Shown here piece by piece: positions 1 through 11,700 of a stretch of DNA of 64,000 bases. Made by a program: the position numbers and the translations under genes. The DNA lies in the IMG/VR virus record IMGVR_UViG_3300026076_000001. One strand, written 5' to 3'. This DNA is from a virus. The notes under the pieces were generated by a model. It did not search any database and had not been told where the DNA came from. It worked only from the letters and a program-made list of their open reading frames with translations. Each line of letters opens with the position of its first letter. Positions within the stretch are counted from its first letter, which is position 1.

Positions 1-795
1 ACCAAAGTGAGGACCATCTAATGAATATACATCACACTGTCTTTGTTGTGTTGTGTCTACTCCAAGAGTGGCATATGTATCACCATCACTACGCTGATTA
101 GTGCTAGAATCATTATTCCAATGGAAATAACTATTTCCACTTTGTAGTCCAGGTCTACCAACTACTTTGCTTAGCTGTAGATCAGGTGCACCAATGTAAG
201 GTTGTCTGTTAGTACTCTGAGATTCTTGACTTCTGTTAAAGAATACGTTGGAATAACTATGAGATGCACTACCTTCTGTTACCTTGTTGATTGCAGCAGG
301 GTAGTTAGTTGCGTTAGAACTCTTATATACATTCTCCCACTGTCTTGTACCAGATGAGTTAAACTTAATGAAGTGATAGATCGCATCATTAGTACCATCT
401 TGCCAAGCAGCATCAGTATCGTCTGCTCTCTTACCATTATAGTTGTTTGCACCACTAAGATCAGTGGTTTCCATTACACAGATGTATACACTATTATCTG
501 TTGTATTACATCCTAGTGCACAAGGGTAGCAGTTCTTTGCTGAAGATATAGTATACTGCCAAGATATACCACCAATAGCACCTATCTTAGCAATGATAGC
601 ATTGTATAAACCAGTTAGAGGGTTTCTCTCTCCATTAAGAGTATAAACCTCACCAGAACTTGATGTAGCAACATCAAACATTCCAGAAGGTTTACGGTAA
701 CTAGCGTCATTCAGGTTAGCACGCTTTGCTTCTATAAGTGTATAGAAATTGCCTCCCTGACCTGAGGCCATCATTTTACCAGAGAATAATGCCAT
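1..795 (-). CDS. Virion/adhesin-like protein, partial (runs off the window start); beta-propeller-like repeats
   Basis: Not in the ORF track; read by hand. ATG at 795 (MALFSGKMMASGQGGNFYTLIEAK...), open to position 1. Contains FIKFNSSGTRQWE and IAKIGAIGGISWQY, propeller-blade-like segments. Confidence 0.7.
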   Translation of the reverse strand, partial: MALFSGKMMASGQGGNFYTLIEAKRANLNDASYRKPSGMFDVATSSSGEVYTLNGERNPLTGLYNAIIAKIGAIGGISWQYTISSAKNCYPCALGCNTTDNSVYICVMETTDLSGANNYNGKRADDTDAAWQDGTNDAIYHFIKFNSSGTRQWENVYKSSNATNYPAAINKVTEGSASHSYSNVFFNRSQESQSTNRQPYIGAPDLQLSKVVGRPGLQSGNSYFHWNNDSSTNQRSDGDTYATLGVDTTQQRQCDVYSLDGPHFG

Positions 796-798
796 TGT

Positions 799-1716
799 TT
801 AGAACTCTTGACCAGATGTGAATCCGTAGTAAATTGTACCACCTGTAAAGGTAGTGAATAAGAAGATGTCAGTAGCGTTAGGGTTAGTAGATACTGTTGG
901 TACAACACCACCAGCCCATTTAACTGTACGACCTACAAAATTAGTTAGGTCAACCACTCTACCACCTACACCATCTTGTGTCAAAACAAGTACGAAACTA
1001 GTTGATGCTCCAGCTTGCTCACCAGATACTGTGAATCCAGTAATATTTTCAGTAAGGTTAATACTAAAGATAGCTGCCTGTGTTAGGTCAATTACTACAC
1101 TACCAGATGATATACTTTCAGACTGAACCTTCTCTGAGTATGAAGGTACGTGCAATCTAGCAGGGTTACCTCCTAGTGTAGCAGTAAAGTAATCTTCTGT
1201 TTCTTTAAATGAGAACTTAGCATTGAGTTCAGTACCTCTTTCAATTTCAATACCAGCATCACCATCTGCGTGTTGAATACCAGCACCTACTTCACCAGAG
1301 TTGAGAACAATAGTATTATCTGAAATTGTAGTGTTGGTAGTATTTACTGTAGTCTGAGTACCTTGTACTGTTAAGTCTCCCGTTACTATGGCGTTAGGTG
1401 CTGTCAATGTGTTTAATGCAGCATCATAAGAGAACCCTGTCTCTCCACCAAAACCTGTACCAGTTTTATACTGGATTTGTCCGTCAGCACTACCACCTGA
1501 CGCTGACTCTGTACCACGTGCCAAGTAATTCCAACTTGCGTGTGGTGTGTTGTTATTTGAGGGATCGTTCCCTGTACTGTTAGCTACACAGATATATGCA
1601 GAGGTAGTAGCTCCATCATAGAAACTTACTGCATCATCAGGTTCATAGGCAGTACCAGATGCGTACGTGCCTTGCCACTTGATTTTTATCTTGCCAACAT
1701 CAATTGTGAGTGCCAT
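799..1716 (-). CDS. Tail fibre/virion structural protein, paralogue of 2529-3785
   Basis: N-terminus IDVGKIKIKW..Y..DD.V..SAYICV and C-terminal IDL..A.IF.INL..NIT...VKW.GG..PT...N..DI..F...GG..YYGF..GQEF domain are both shared with 2529-3785. Confidence 0.75.
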   Translation of the reverse strand: MALTIDVGKIKIKWQGTYASGTAYEPDDAVSFYDGATTSAYICVANSTGNDPSNNNTPHASWNYLARGTESASGGSADGQIQYKTGTGFGGETGFSYDAALNTLTAPNAIVTGDLTVQGTQTTVNTTNTTISDNTIVLNSGEVGAGIQHADGDAGIEIERGTELNAKFSFKETEDYFTATLGGNPARLHVPSYSEKVQSESISSGSVVIDLTQAAIFSINLTENITGFTVSGEQAGASTSFVLVLTQDGVGGRVVDLTNFVGRTVKWAGGVVPTVSTNPNATDIFLFTTFTGGTIYYGFTSGQEF

Positions 1717-1749
1717 TTAACTCAGAAGATACTTGTTCTCTTTACCTAT

Positions 1750-2529
1750 TTAGTGGAGCCATAACTCCCATTCATTCATAATTCTATATTCATTATACGC
1801 ATCAGTCGTACCGTGAATACAGTATGAATTATATGTCTCACCTCTTTGTGATCCCCAGCTTCTATACTGAGTATTAGAGTGATAGTTATTGCCTGAACAC
1901 CAGTTACCTGGATCTAGACTACGCATATTACTATTCCAAGATCCACTTGGATTACCATCCCATACTACAGTCCAGTATCCCTGACCATTGTTTTCATAAG
2001 GAGAATTATTAATGATACCATTGTAATTCTCATTCATATATCCACAGTCAGCAGTATCACTACCATATGTGTGTGCTTGCATCCACCAACGCATAGATGT
2101 ATGTGCAGGTAATCGGTATCTAATAGTTGATAGAGAGTTACCACCTTGGTGTGATTGTTCTCTACCTATTCTAAACCTACCAGTACCGATACTAGTATGA
2201 GAGTCTGTATTATTATCTTCAGTCCAAGCAGGAATTATGCTGCTAGGACTACCATATCGTAACCAATCAATTTGACTGTAATTGTTACCAAAGAACCACC
2301 TATCATAATTAATCCAACCATACTCATTAGTGCCATACCTATCACTATCATCATATTGGAATTGGAAAGAACCATTTCCAGGTATGCTTACCCAAGCAGT
2401 GCTACCACGAAGTCCTCCATTATATGCTTCTTTTGCTGAGATTGCTGGATTACCAGCAGATGATCCATTACCTCCTCCAGCACCAGATGCAGTTGTAATA
2501 ATAGCTTTAGCGAAACCTATAGGCGACAT
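1750..2529 (-). CDS. Putative fibre-tip/adhesin protein (lectin/fibrinogen-like, Trp/Tyr/Asn-rich)
   Basis: Start reassigned to ATG at 2529 (MSPIGFAKAII), a TAATG overlap with the upstream stop. NGSSAGNPAISAKEAY motif followed by an aromatic-rich globular region. Confidence 0.6.
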   Translation of the reverse strand: MSPIGFAKAIITTASGAGGGNGSSAGNPAISAKEAYNGGLRGSTAWVSIPGNGSFQFQYDDSDRYGTNEYGWINYDRWFFGNNYSQIDWLRYGSPSSIIPAWTEDNNTDSHTSIGTGRFRIGREQSHQGGNSLSTIRYRLPAHTSMRWWMQAHTYGSDTADCGYMNENYNGIINNSPYENNGQGYWTVVWDGNPSGSWNSNMRSLDPGNWCSGNNYHSNTQYRSWGSQRGETYNSYCIHGTTDAYNEYRIMNEWELWLH

Positions 2530-3785
2530 TATGAGAACTCCTGACCACCAATGAAACCAAACCAAGAACTACCACCTGATACAGTAGATAGAGATATAAT
2601 ATCACTATTGTTCTGTGTGGATGTCATAGTAGGTGATGTACCACCTGACCACTTGGTATTTGCTGGCCAGTTAATAGTATAGTTTGCTCCGTCTGGATTA
2701 GTAAAGACAAATGTAAGGGTAACTGAACGTGCACCTGAAGGAAGTGTCACATTAAATGCAGTTATATTCTTATCTAAGTTTATAGTAAAGACTGACGCTG
2801 TTGTTGCATCAATGTCTAGAGCATTAGCATTACTGATAGCAGGAGTATTAACTGCCTCATCAAAACATCCATTAATCCTTAGAGGATTATTTAATGTAAG
2901 TAATGATGGTGTGATATGTACCTCGCTGTTACCAGCTAGAGAAATATCTAAAGTAGATGTACTAGTACTAGTATTTGATACACTTACTGCACCACCATCA
3001 TTCTCGATAGTAAATGGTTCAGTACGTAACGAATTCTTATGTAAATGTATACCAGACTTCTGTGCTTGTGCAGTATTAGGATGTACTTCTATGTACGTAG
3101 CCTTAGCAGTAGTATGATCTGCTTTAAATCTAGCAACTACTATATCAGCATCACTAGATACTGATTTAACATCAAGGGATGTCGCAGGTACTGCTGTATT
3201 AATACCAACACGGTCTGTAGTGTCATCAAATATCAATCCACCTGTCTTAATATTAAGACCAGTGGATGCTGTAAGATTAGTGACTGATATATCTGCTGGT
3301 AGATATGAGTTACCAACAGTACCAGATGTTATCTGTGCTCCAGATATATTATATGTTAATTGATTAGCACCTTCATAGTATGCTGTGGCACGTACAGTAC
3401 CAGTTACATCAACATCGTATGTTGTACTACTACCTGATACAGTAATAGAAGGAACTGTAAGTAAATCTGTTGATGGATCGTAAGTAAATGCTGCTTCACC
3501 ACCCAGTGCTAGTCCATCTTTATACTGTACTTGATTAGTAGCATCACCACCTGGTTGTAGTCCACCAGCTAGTCCACCAGAAGCAAACAAGCTCCAGTAT
3601 GATGTGTTAACAGTACCTGTAGTAGATGGTACTTGATTAGTACTATCTTGCACACAAATATATGCACTAATAGTTGATCCATCGTCATACCTGACAAGAT
3701 CATCCATTACGTAGTCAGTTGTATTTGACCACAGATCTTTCCAAGTAAGTTTGATCTTACCTACGTCGATAAAAAATTCTGCCAT
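2529..3785 (-). CDS. Tail fibre/virion structural protein
   Basis: Ser/Thr/Gly-rich. Contains an RVGINT..P.TSLDV fibre motif; both termini are shared with 799-1716. Confidence 0.75.
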   Translation of the reverse strand: MAEFFIDVGKIKLTWKDLWSNTTDYVMDDLVRYDDGSTISAYICVQDSTNQVPSTTGTVNTSYWSLFASGGLAGGLQPGGDATNQVQYKDGLALGGEAAFTYDPSTDLLTVPSITVSGSSTTYDVDVTGTVRATAYYEGANQLTYNISGAQITSGTVGNSYLPADISVTNLTASTGLNIKTGGLIFDDTTDRVGINTAVPATSLDVKSVSSDADIVVARFKADHTTAKATYIEVHPNTAQAQKSGIHLHKNSLRTEPFTIENDGGAVSVSNTSTSTSTLDISLAGNSEVHITPSLLTLNNPLRINGCFDEAVNTPAISNANALDIDATTASVFTINLDKNITAFNVTLPSGARSVTLTFVFTNPDGANYTINWPANTKWSGGTSPTMTSTQNNSDIISLSTVSGGSSWFGFIGGQEFS

Positions 3786-5749
3786 TACCTTACAGTGACG
3801 ATGAGATGCCCACTACTATCTATATCGAATCCCAGACCAGCTGGTGCGAAGAATTGGTGAGTATTGAGTGGGTTTGAATACTCAGCATATGAGACATTTG
3901 TAGATCTACCTGCCTTAAGAACAGTTAGATTAGTTTGAGTTGATGTTGGTTTCTGAATGATATAATAATCACCAGCATCACCAGACTCTTTCCAATTGAC
4001 ACCATTATATGTCTTAAGTGTATCTTCAGCAGTATTGTAGAAGATCTGTCCATTAATAGGAGTAGAAGGATCTACTGCACCAGATATGTCTATCTTATCT
4101 GATGTCACTGCATTATCAGCTAACTTAGCAGTAGTCACATTCAAGTTACGAATAGTATTAGTTACTACTGCTTCAACACCTGTACCACTATTTAACTTAA
4201 CATCCGTTACAGAGTCATCAGCTAGTGATGCAGACGCATCTACACCACCTATAGCTATTTTCTGTGATGTTAATGTATTGTCTGCTAATTTGGCATTCGT
4301 GACTGATAGGTTAATAATCTTATTAGTTGAGACTGACAAGTCATCAAGCGTATCCGTCTGGACTCTTGTGAAGTCCTGTAGAGTACCAGTTGCAGTTGCA
4401 GGAGACTGAAATAAGAAACCTGCTGAGTATACTGACCAAATGGTACCGTTCCAATATCTGACTCTAACATAATAGTTGGTAGATGGACGGATGGAATCAG
4501 TTGGAATTGGGAATGTAGTTTTATTTGTAGTATCTGATAAAGCAGTAATAACTACGTTAGTAAAACCAGCATCAGTAGCTACTTCCCAGTCACTATAATT
4601 ATGTGTCTGACCAGCAGTAGGAGTTGCAACAAATGTAGATGAAACTACATCCATTCTATCATAAATGTTAGACTCTATGATACTTGTAATTTCAGGACAC
4701 TGAATCTCACCAGGAACTGCAATAGTTGTGAAGTAGATAGGTTCAGACCACTCTGAATTCCACTGAACACTTTGTAGATCAACGTACTGATATCTTACAC
4801 GTACATAATACGTCTTAGCTTCTTCTAAGATACCAGGGTTAATTGTAATAGTTGTTTTGTTGTTAATATCATTTAATGCTTCATACACCAGACCACTAGT
4901 GTTGCTAATCTGTGATGATGTAGTACCAGTAGCACCAGGTGCAGTAGATGAACTACTTCCAAATGTAGATGAGTATGCAATCTGCCAAGTAGATGATACG
5001 TGAGTAGCATTATTACTACCACTAAATCCAGAACCAGATATGGTTGGAGTTAATGAGTTACCTGAAGATGCATCAACTGGATTGGTGATAGATGGTCTAT
5101 CAATCTGTGGATTAACATTAGTTTGTGTATCAGTATAGAATGATGCTGGATTAGACCACTCAGAATACTGACCAATATTATCTTTATACCTTACTCTTAC
5201 ATAATATAATGTACTATACGCTAAGCTACCAGGCTCAGAGTATTGTGTCAAAGAAGTTGGAGAATCTAACAGTTGTTGTACTATTGTACCGAAATAGTAA
5301 TCAGTAGATACTTGCCAATCACTTCTGCTATGTGTATTGACACCAGTATAAGCAGATGATGAAATAATAGGTTGTAATGGTGTTGGTGAAGTAACTGTTA
5401 TAGTAGGAGTATCAATCTGTAATCCAGTATTGAATTCTGCTACCTGAGACCAGTTAGATATATTACCAAGAGTATCACGATGACGTGTACGCATATAATA
5501 CGTAGTATTAGATGCAAGCGTTGATGCTGCTATAGCGAGTGATGTTAGATTAACTGTATCATTCTGGTTATACACGAAAGAAGCAGACTCAAAACCATTA
5601 GAGGTATTGATCTGCCAATCACTTGATTGATGGGTACCAGGAGCAACTCCACCAGTTGTCACTGCATAAAATGCAGTCGAAACCACGGTCGGTGTCAACG
5701 AACTTGGTGAAGGAATATTTGCGACAGCTGGTGGGAATACTAGTGCCAT
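3785..5749 (-). CDS. Virion structural protein with four FN3/Ig-like repeats
   Basis: Four repeats of H.SSDWQ...YY.R.RY...S.WS...F.T, then D.SVT..KLAD repeats and a GQIFYNT..LK.Y.G..W segment. Confidence 0.7.
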   Translation of the reverse strand: MALVFPPAVANIPSPSSLTPTVVSTAFYAVTTGGVAPGTHQSSDWQINTSNGFESASFVYNQNDTVNLTSLAIAASTLASNTTYYMRTRHRDTLGNISNWSQVAEFNTGLQIDTPTITVTSPTPLQPIISSSAYTGVNTHSRSDWQVSTDYYFGTIVQQLLDSPTSLTQYSEPGSLAYSTLYYVRVRYKDNIGQYSEWSNPASFYTDTQTNVNPQIDRPSITNPVDASSGNSLTPTISGSGFSGSNNATHVSSTWQIAYSSTFGSSSSTAPGATGTTSSQISNTSGLVYEALNDINNKTTITINPGILEEAKTYYVRVRYQYVDLQSVQWNSEWSEPIYFTTIAVPGEIQCPEITSIIESNIYDRMDVVSSTFVATPTAGQTHNYSDWEVATDAGFTNVVITALSDTTNKTTFPIPTDSIRPSTNYYVRVRYWNGTIWSVYSAGFLFQSPATATGTLQDFTRVQTDTLDDLSVSTNKIINLSVTNAKLADNTLTSQKIAIGGVDASASLADDSVTDVKLNSGTGVEAVVTNTIRNLNVTTAKLADNAVTSDKIDISGAVDPSTPINGQIFYNTAEDTLKTYNGVNWKESGDAGDYYIIQKPTSTQTNLTVLKAGRSTNVSYAEYSNPLNTHQFFAPAGLGFDIDSSGHLIVTVR

Positions 5750-5773
5750 TTGTATGCGGGTCTATAGTTTAAT

Positions 5774-8700
5774 TTATGCACAAGTTGGGTTACAATCACC
5801 TAAGTATGAATAAAGAATTGGCCAAGGTGCAGGAACCTGGAAGTCCAGTGTTCGTGGTGTAATACCGTCAGTTACCTTGACTTGTGCTATGCCATCCATA
5901 CCTATGATAGGTTGTTCAGGATGATTACGATCTCTCAATGGTTTGATAAAGTTACAGAAGTAATCATTAGATGGTGTAACGCAAGCACCGTTCTGAGTAT
6001 ATGCGAAGTCATATGTGTGATCCTGACAAGGATCAGCAACTGCTGTAAGGTTAATCAAGTCAGTCAATGTAAATGGTGACTCAACTAATTCTACCCATAA
6101 TGTGTACATCTTTTGAGTACCACGTGCAGGGAAGATAGCAGGTTGAATATCATTCTTAATTGAGAAGTCAACTGGCATATTGATATTGGTGTCACCACGG
6201 AAGGGACACTCACGTAAGAGTCCAGTTGCTGTTGCTAGCTGTCCAGTATATGTGCTAAAGTCACCAGTGTTAACCACTGTAGGACCATTAGCGTGAGTAG
6301 GATTATTAAGAGTAAAGATAGTTCTTGTACCACCATCAGTAGTTTCCATATATGGGAACTCATTGATAATACGTAACCTCCAAGTAAATGTACCAGCATC
6401 AATTGTGTATGATACCTGTACATCCTGTGTCTGGTTATTGGTGACAGTAAAGTTCTGTGCACCCTTATAGTAGTCCTGAACCTTCAATGTATTGATATCA
6501 ATGTATGGTAGAGCACTTAATGGTGCACCAGCAACATCAATAACAAATGAACGTGTAAGGATATTACCGAAGTAATCACCACAGGTTAATGTGGTATCTA
6601 CAAATCCAGCATCGTGCTGTAAGTATCCATTAGATACAGTACCAGTCCATCCATTAGAATACTCGTACCACCACATACCTAGTTCAGGTGGGTTAGCGAT
6701 AACACTTATCTCATTAGATAGTGATGAGTATGATCCATTGTAGAGATACAACTGGAATGAATATGGTTCATTAACACCAGCTGGAATACCATTACAAGGA
6801 ATGTCAGTGGAACGCATAACGTTACCAGATCCATCCTTAGGTGGTACTAAAGCTGATGGGTTTTGAATAGGTACTTCAATAGCATATCCACCGTACATAG
6901 TACGAAGTGGGAACTCTTCAGTAGTACTTACATAGTTACCTACATATACACCATTTCCTCCCTCAACTGGTGAGTAGTCAACAGTGACATCCTCACGAGC
7001 ATCCACTCTAGATCTATAGTAATTAGATGCTAGTGGAATATAATCAGGATATGTTTCATAACCTGACTTCCAAGCGAATGACTTAGTACCTGAAGCAGTA
7101 TCATAAGCAAATGACTTACTGAACCAGATATACTCAATGTTCTGGTCAGTACATACCAACTGTACTGGGAAACGACCTTGCTTAGGAGACTTACCAGCAG
7201 TCAGATAAGGAGTGGTATTTGGATAATGTGTTTCACCACCATACTCAGTATTTGCTGAGAACAAGTTAGCAGTAATTGTATTAGCACCACTGTACATAGT
7301 CAATGCTGGCTGTGCAGGTAGTGTAGGTAAATTAGATACTGTTAACTGTGCAGTGGAACTAACAATAGCAGTGTAAGTAGTAGTAAAGTCTAAGTGCTGT
7401 GATGCAAATGTAGTACCACCAGACTGACCGAACCAAATACTTGCTATACTATATGACTCAGGTATATAAACTTCATACCAAGCACCTGCCTGACCTGGAG
7501 TTCCATAGCTACGTACATTCTGAGTAGATGCACTAGCAGTAGCACCGAGTCTGAACTCTAATGTCTTACCAGCCCAAGAAGCATCACTAACATCGAAACG
7601 ATAGAATGCTCCCTTAGGTACTTCGTATACAGTAGAACCACCAGCATTTATTTGTACCTGATAGTCATTACCAACTGCTACAAGGTCAAATGTTAGTCTC
7701 CAACGCATCTTACAACGGAAGAATGCAGTAGCAAACTTCCACCATCTGTTCATAACTAGATGAGCAAATCCCATCTCACGTCCTGTTACATCCTCATATC
7801 TCTCAACGTATGAGTAATGTGTATTCTTATTTTCTACGTTATTTTCAAACCAATCTTCTTCTTCGTAACTAACACTAGTTGCAGCAGCTAACTCATTCAA
7901 GTTATACCAAGTACTACCACTACCCTTGTCACCATAGATCTGCCAGAATGGTACGTACTCAAACTTATCGTTCTCGTATGCACTCTGTGTCATCATCATA
8001 GACAATGACTTATAGAACATAGGACGTGAGTACCAGTTGTTGTTACTCCAAGTAACATCATCATTAGGCTCACCGTGTACCTTGTATACAGTGTTGTAGT
8101 CTACATTTTTAGACAATACATCATAAACCATTTCAAGGTCAGATGATGTCGTCGTGATGTTAGTTAGTTGAATCGTATACTCCTGAGTTTGGCCAGAAAT
8201 ATTTTCTTCGACTGTTAATGTTAGGTCAAGCGTTTCTGTATTAGTTAAGACACCACTGAATACACCAGTCTCAGTGTCAAATGTTAATCCACTAGTTGTG
8301 AATGGTGCAGAAGAACTTATACTATAATCTCTATCAAGAATAGTTTCATTAGCAAATGTTCTTAAGAAAGATACACCCAACTGTATGTTAACTGTGTCAC
8401 CAATATTAAATGTTCCTAGAGCACCAGCTGGAGTATACCAAGTGGTTAGTAGATTAATATACGGAGTAATAACACCTCTAGTTGTAGATGTAGGTTGATC
8501 AGGTGCATTATGATCTGTACCAGTATCTACTGGGAGATTATTGATTAATGTACCCTCACCAGCTCCAGCTTGTTCTTGTTGCTCAGTCTGGAACCATATC
8601 TTATTAGAAACACGATTCTCTGCTTGCCAAGTTTCAATACCATCACCTGCTTGGTGTGTACCAGTAATTTTAGCAACCTTGACTAAATTACCACCAGTTT

Positions 8701-11700
8701 CAGAACTAGTAGCAGTGAATGAAGCAGCATTTGCAGTGATCTGGAAACTATTATTAGCTGAGTCTACATCACTGATTTGATGCCAAGAATGTTGAAGAAC
8801 ATCAAATTCTACACCACCAATATCATATACAAATGATGAACTATCATATGCTGTATCACCAGGGAATATAGGATCTGACTTGTACTCATCACCCAAAATA
8901 TATGGGAATGCAGGATCACCATTGCTATCTTCAGTAATGAAGTATGCATAGGTACCATTAGGATAGTCAGGAGTTACACAGTAGCGACCATTTCTCTTGT
9001 CTAGGTCACCAACAATGATCCTCTCACCCATATTAGCGTGGTTATAGCAGAAGTAGAAGAGTGCTTGTGGTACATCAGATGGAGGTGTGATCTCTACTGA
9101 TCTTAGAGTTGCAGTATCAAAGCCAGAAACGTATGTAGCATAATCTACTACAACATTCTCTAACTTATAGACTACACCACCAGTGTAAACTGCGTTTGCA
9201 TCCTGTGCATTCTGTCCACTAACGTGCCAACCCTGTGAAGTACCATCACCATAGATGGAGAAGAGCAGAGCGTGAGTAGTTAGAGATGCATCAGATAGAT
9301 TAAAGATATACTTTCTACCTTTTCTAAAGTTGAACGATGGTTTCTCTTGAGTACCATCTAGTCCACCACCACTAATGTAGTAGCGATTACCACTACCACT
9401 AAGAACAGCAGTAGATACAGAGACTGTAAATGTTGTTTCTATGTTATCGGTTTCATTACCAGCATACTCAAAGTCCTCAATGAATGACTTATATGGGTAT
9501 GATACAGTAGAAGGACGATTCTCATATCCATCAGGTATTCTACCTACCAATTTCTCCATATATCCTGGCTTGACACGGATAACAGTACTACTATCATCCA
9601 TCTCAGATGAATAACCATAAGGTCCGTAGATAGGATAACCATCAAATGCTATACCTAAGATCTTAGAGTGTCCATTAGCGTGTCTCTTATAGTCACCCTG
9701 TACATTATCATTCATTGCAGCACCAGAGGAATTACCCATCTTTTGATGTGCGTCACAAACATAGTATAATGTGGCAGGTGAATCAAGAGGAACTGTAATA
9801 GTAACAGATCTTGTGGTAGCTACATCAAATGATGCAACGTATGAAACAGCATCAACTGCAACACCATTAAGTCTGTATGTTACACCAGCAGTGTATCTAA
9901 CACCACCTTGATGTATACCATCCTCAGTGCTAGAGAAGTATAATGGATGACCATCACAACTAGAATGATCTAAGTTGAATACGTATGTGTTACCTCTAGT
10001 AAAGTTCAATGCAGGTGCTTCTTCATTAACACCAGTTAGTGAACTCTGTAAGAAATAACATTGAGTGCTACCCTGGTTAAAGTATGAGTTACCAGCAGTC
10101 TTAGTAGCAACAGTTGTAATGAAATTAATAGTCTGATATCCTAAGTCAAAGTATGTTAAACCAATATAATTAGAACCAGCTTGTACAGCAGCAGTTTCAT
10201 ATGCTTCTAGTAACTTACTGGAATTATATCCATAGATGTTAGAAGAATTAGGATAACCACCGTATGAGTCAGCACCAGTCAAGTTCTCGTTAGTAACATC
10301 ATTAAATGTCCAACCAGGAGTTGGTCCACTCTCATTACTATAGTGGTACATATACACACCAGTTGTAGTCATACCAAATGGTTTGACACTACGTAGTGGC
10401 TTAGCAGTAGGAGTTTCAGCACCATAATCAGTACCACCTCTCCAGTTAAAGTTTTGATCAAATGCTTGATCTACAATACTATTTGGGTTACCAGCTGTGA
10501 TTGCAATAGATGCTACAGCAGTTGCTTGTACACCACCACCAACGTTCGGTGCAGTAAGAGAAACAACAGGAGCAGTTGAGTATCCAGAACCACCATCTGT
10601 TACATTTAATCCTGAAACATAACCATCAAGAACCGATAGAGTTGCAGATGCTTCAGCACCAGCACCACCTCCTCCAGTGAAGCTAACAGTACAAGTAGTG
10701 TATCCAATACCAGCTTCATCTACTGTTATGCTAGTAACAACACCAGTCTGTGTACCAATATCACATCCAGCTGCTGCTGGTTCCTCGAACACTGGGTTAG
10801 CAGATGCAGTTTCACTATAATCTAGTGCATCACCATAGTATCTGTCTCCTAAAATGTATGGGAATGCTGGTTCTCCAGAGGAATCAAATGTTAAGAAGTA
10901 AGCATAGGTACCACCTGGATAGTCTGGAGTAATACAGAATCTACCATTTCTACGATCTAGGTGTCCATTGTCTGTGAATTCGTAATCATTTACGAATGAT
11001 CCCATTGGATATGTGTTAGTATTAGGAGCATAACCAACAGGTTCTGTTAATGTAATAGTACCTGTCATTGCTTGGTGTGCTTGACAGACGTAGTAGTAAG
11101 TACCAGCAGAAGCAGTTGCAGTATTCCACAATATAGTAGCATTATGCTGACCATTGTTAACAACACCAGCTACTACCTGTGCAGGGTTATAAGGTGCAGG
11201 TACATTCTGGATCCAGAAAGGATGAGTGATTGTACTTCCACCGCCACCACCAGCAGCTGAAACTGTTATGGTTCCAACCATACTACCGTGGTATTCGCAC
11301 TGGTAGTAGTAAGTACCAGTAGCACCTGAAGATGGAATAGTCCAAGAAACAGTACCAGCTTCAGTACCTTGGTTAGTAACATTAGCAATATCGTTACTAG
11401 TACCAGTACCAGCAACTGTCTTCAAGTGGAATGGGTGACCAGTAGCAGATACTGTAAAGTTAACTGTATCTCCTTCATAAAATTCTAGTGCGGGATCTCC
11501 ACCACTAATATTACCAGTTCTATCAGAACCAGATAGGGTGTAATCACTGTTACCAGAAGCAGTTACAACAATATTATATGTCTGTGGAGTGGATCCACCA
11601 CCTCCACCTGTGTTATAAGATGCATTAACATTAAATACTAGGTTGTCACCAACATTAGCACTAATAGAAATATCGGATCCAGAACTATATCCAGTGAAAT

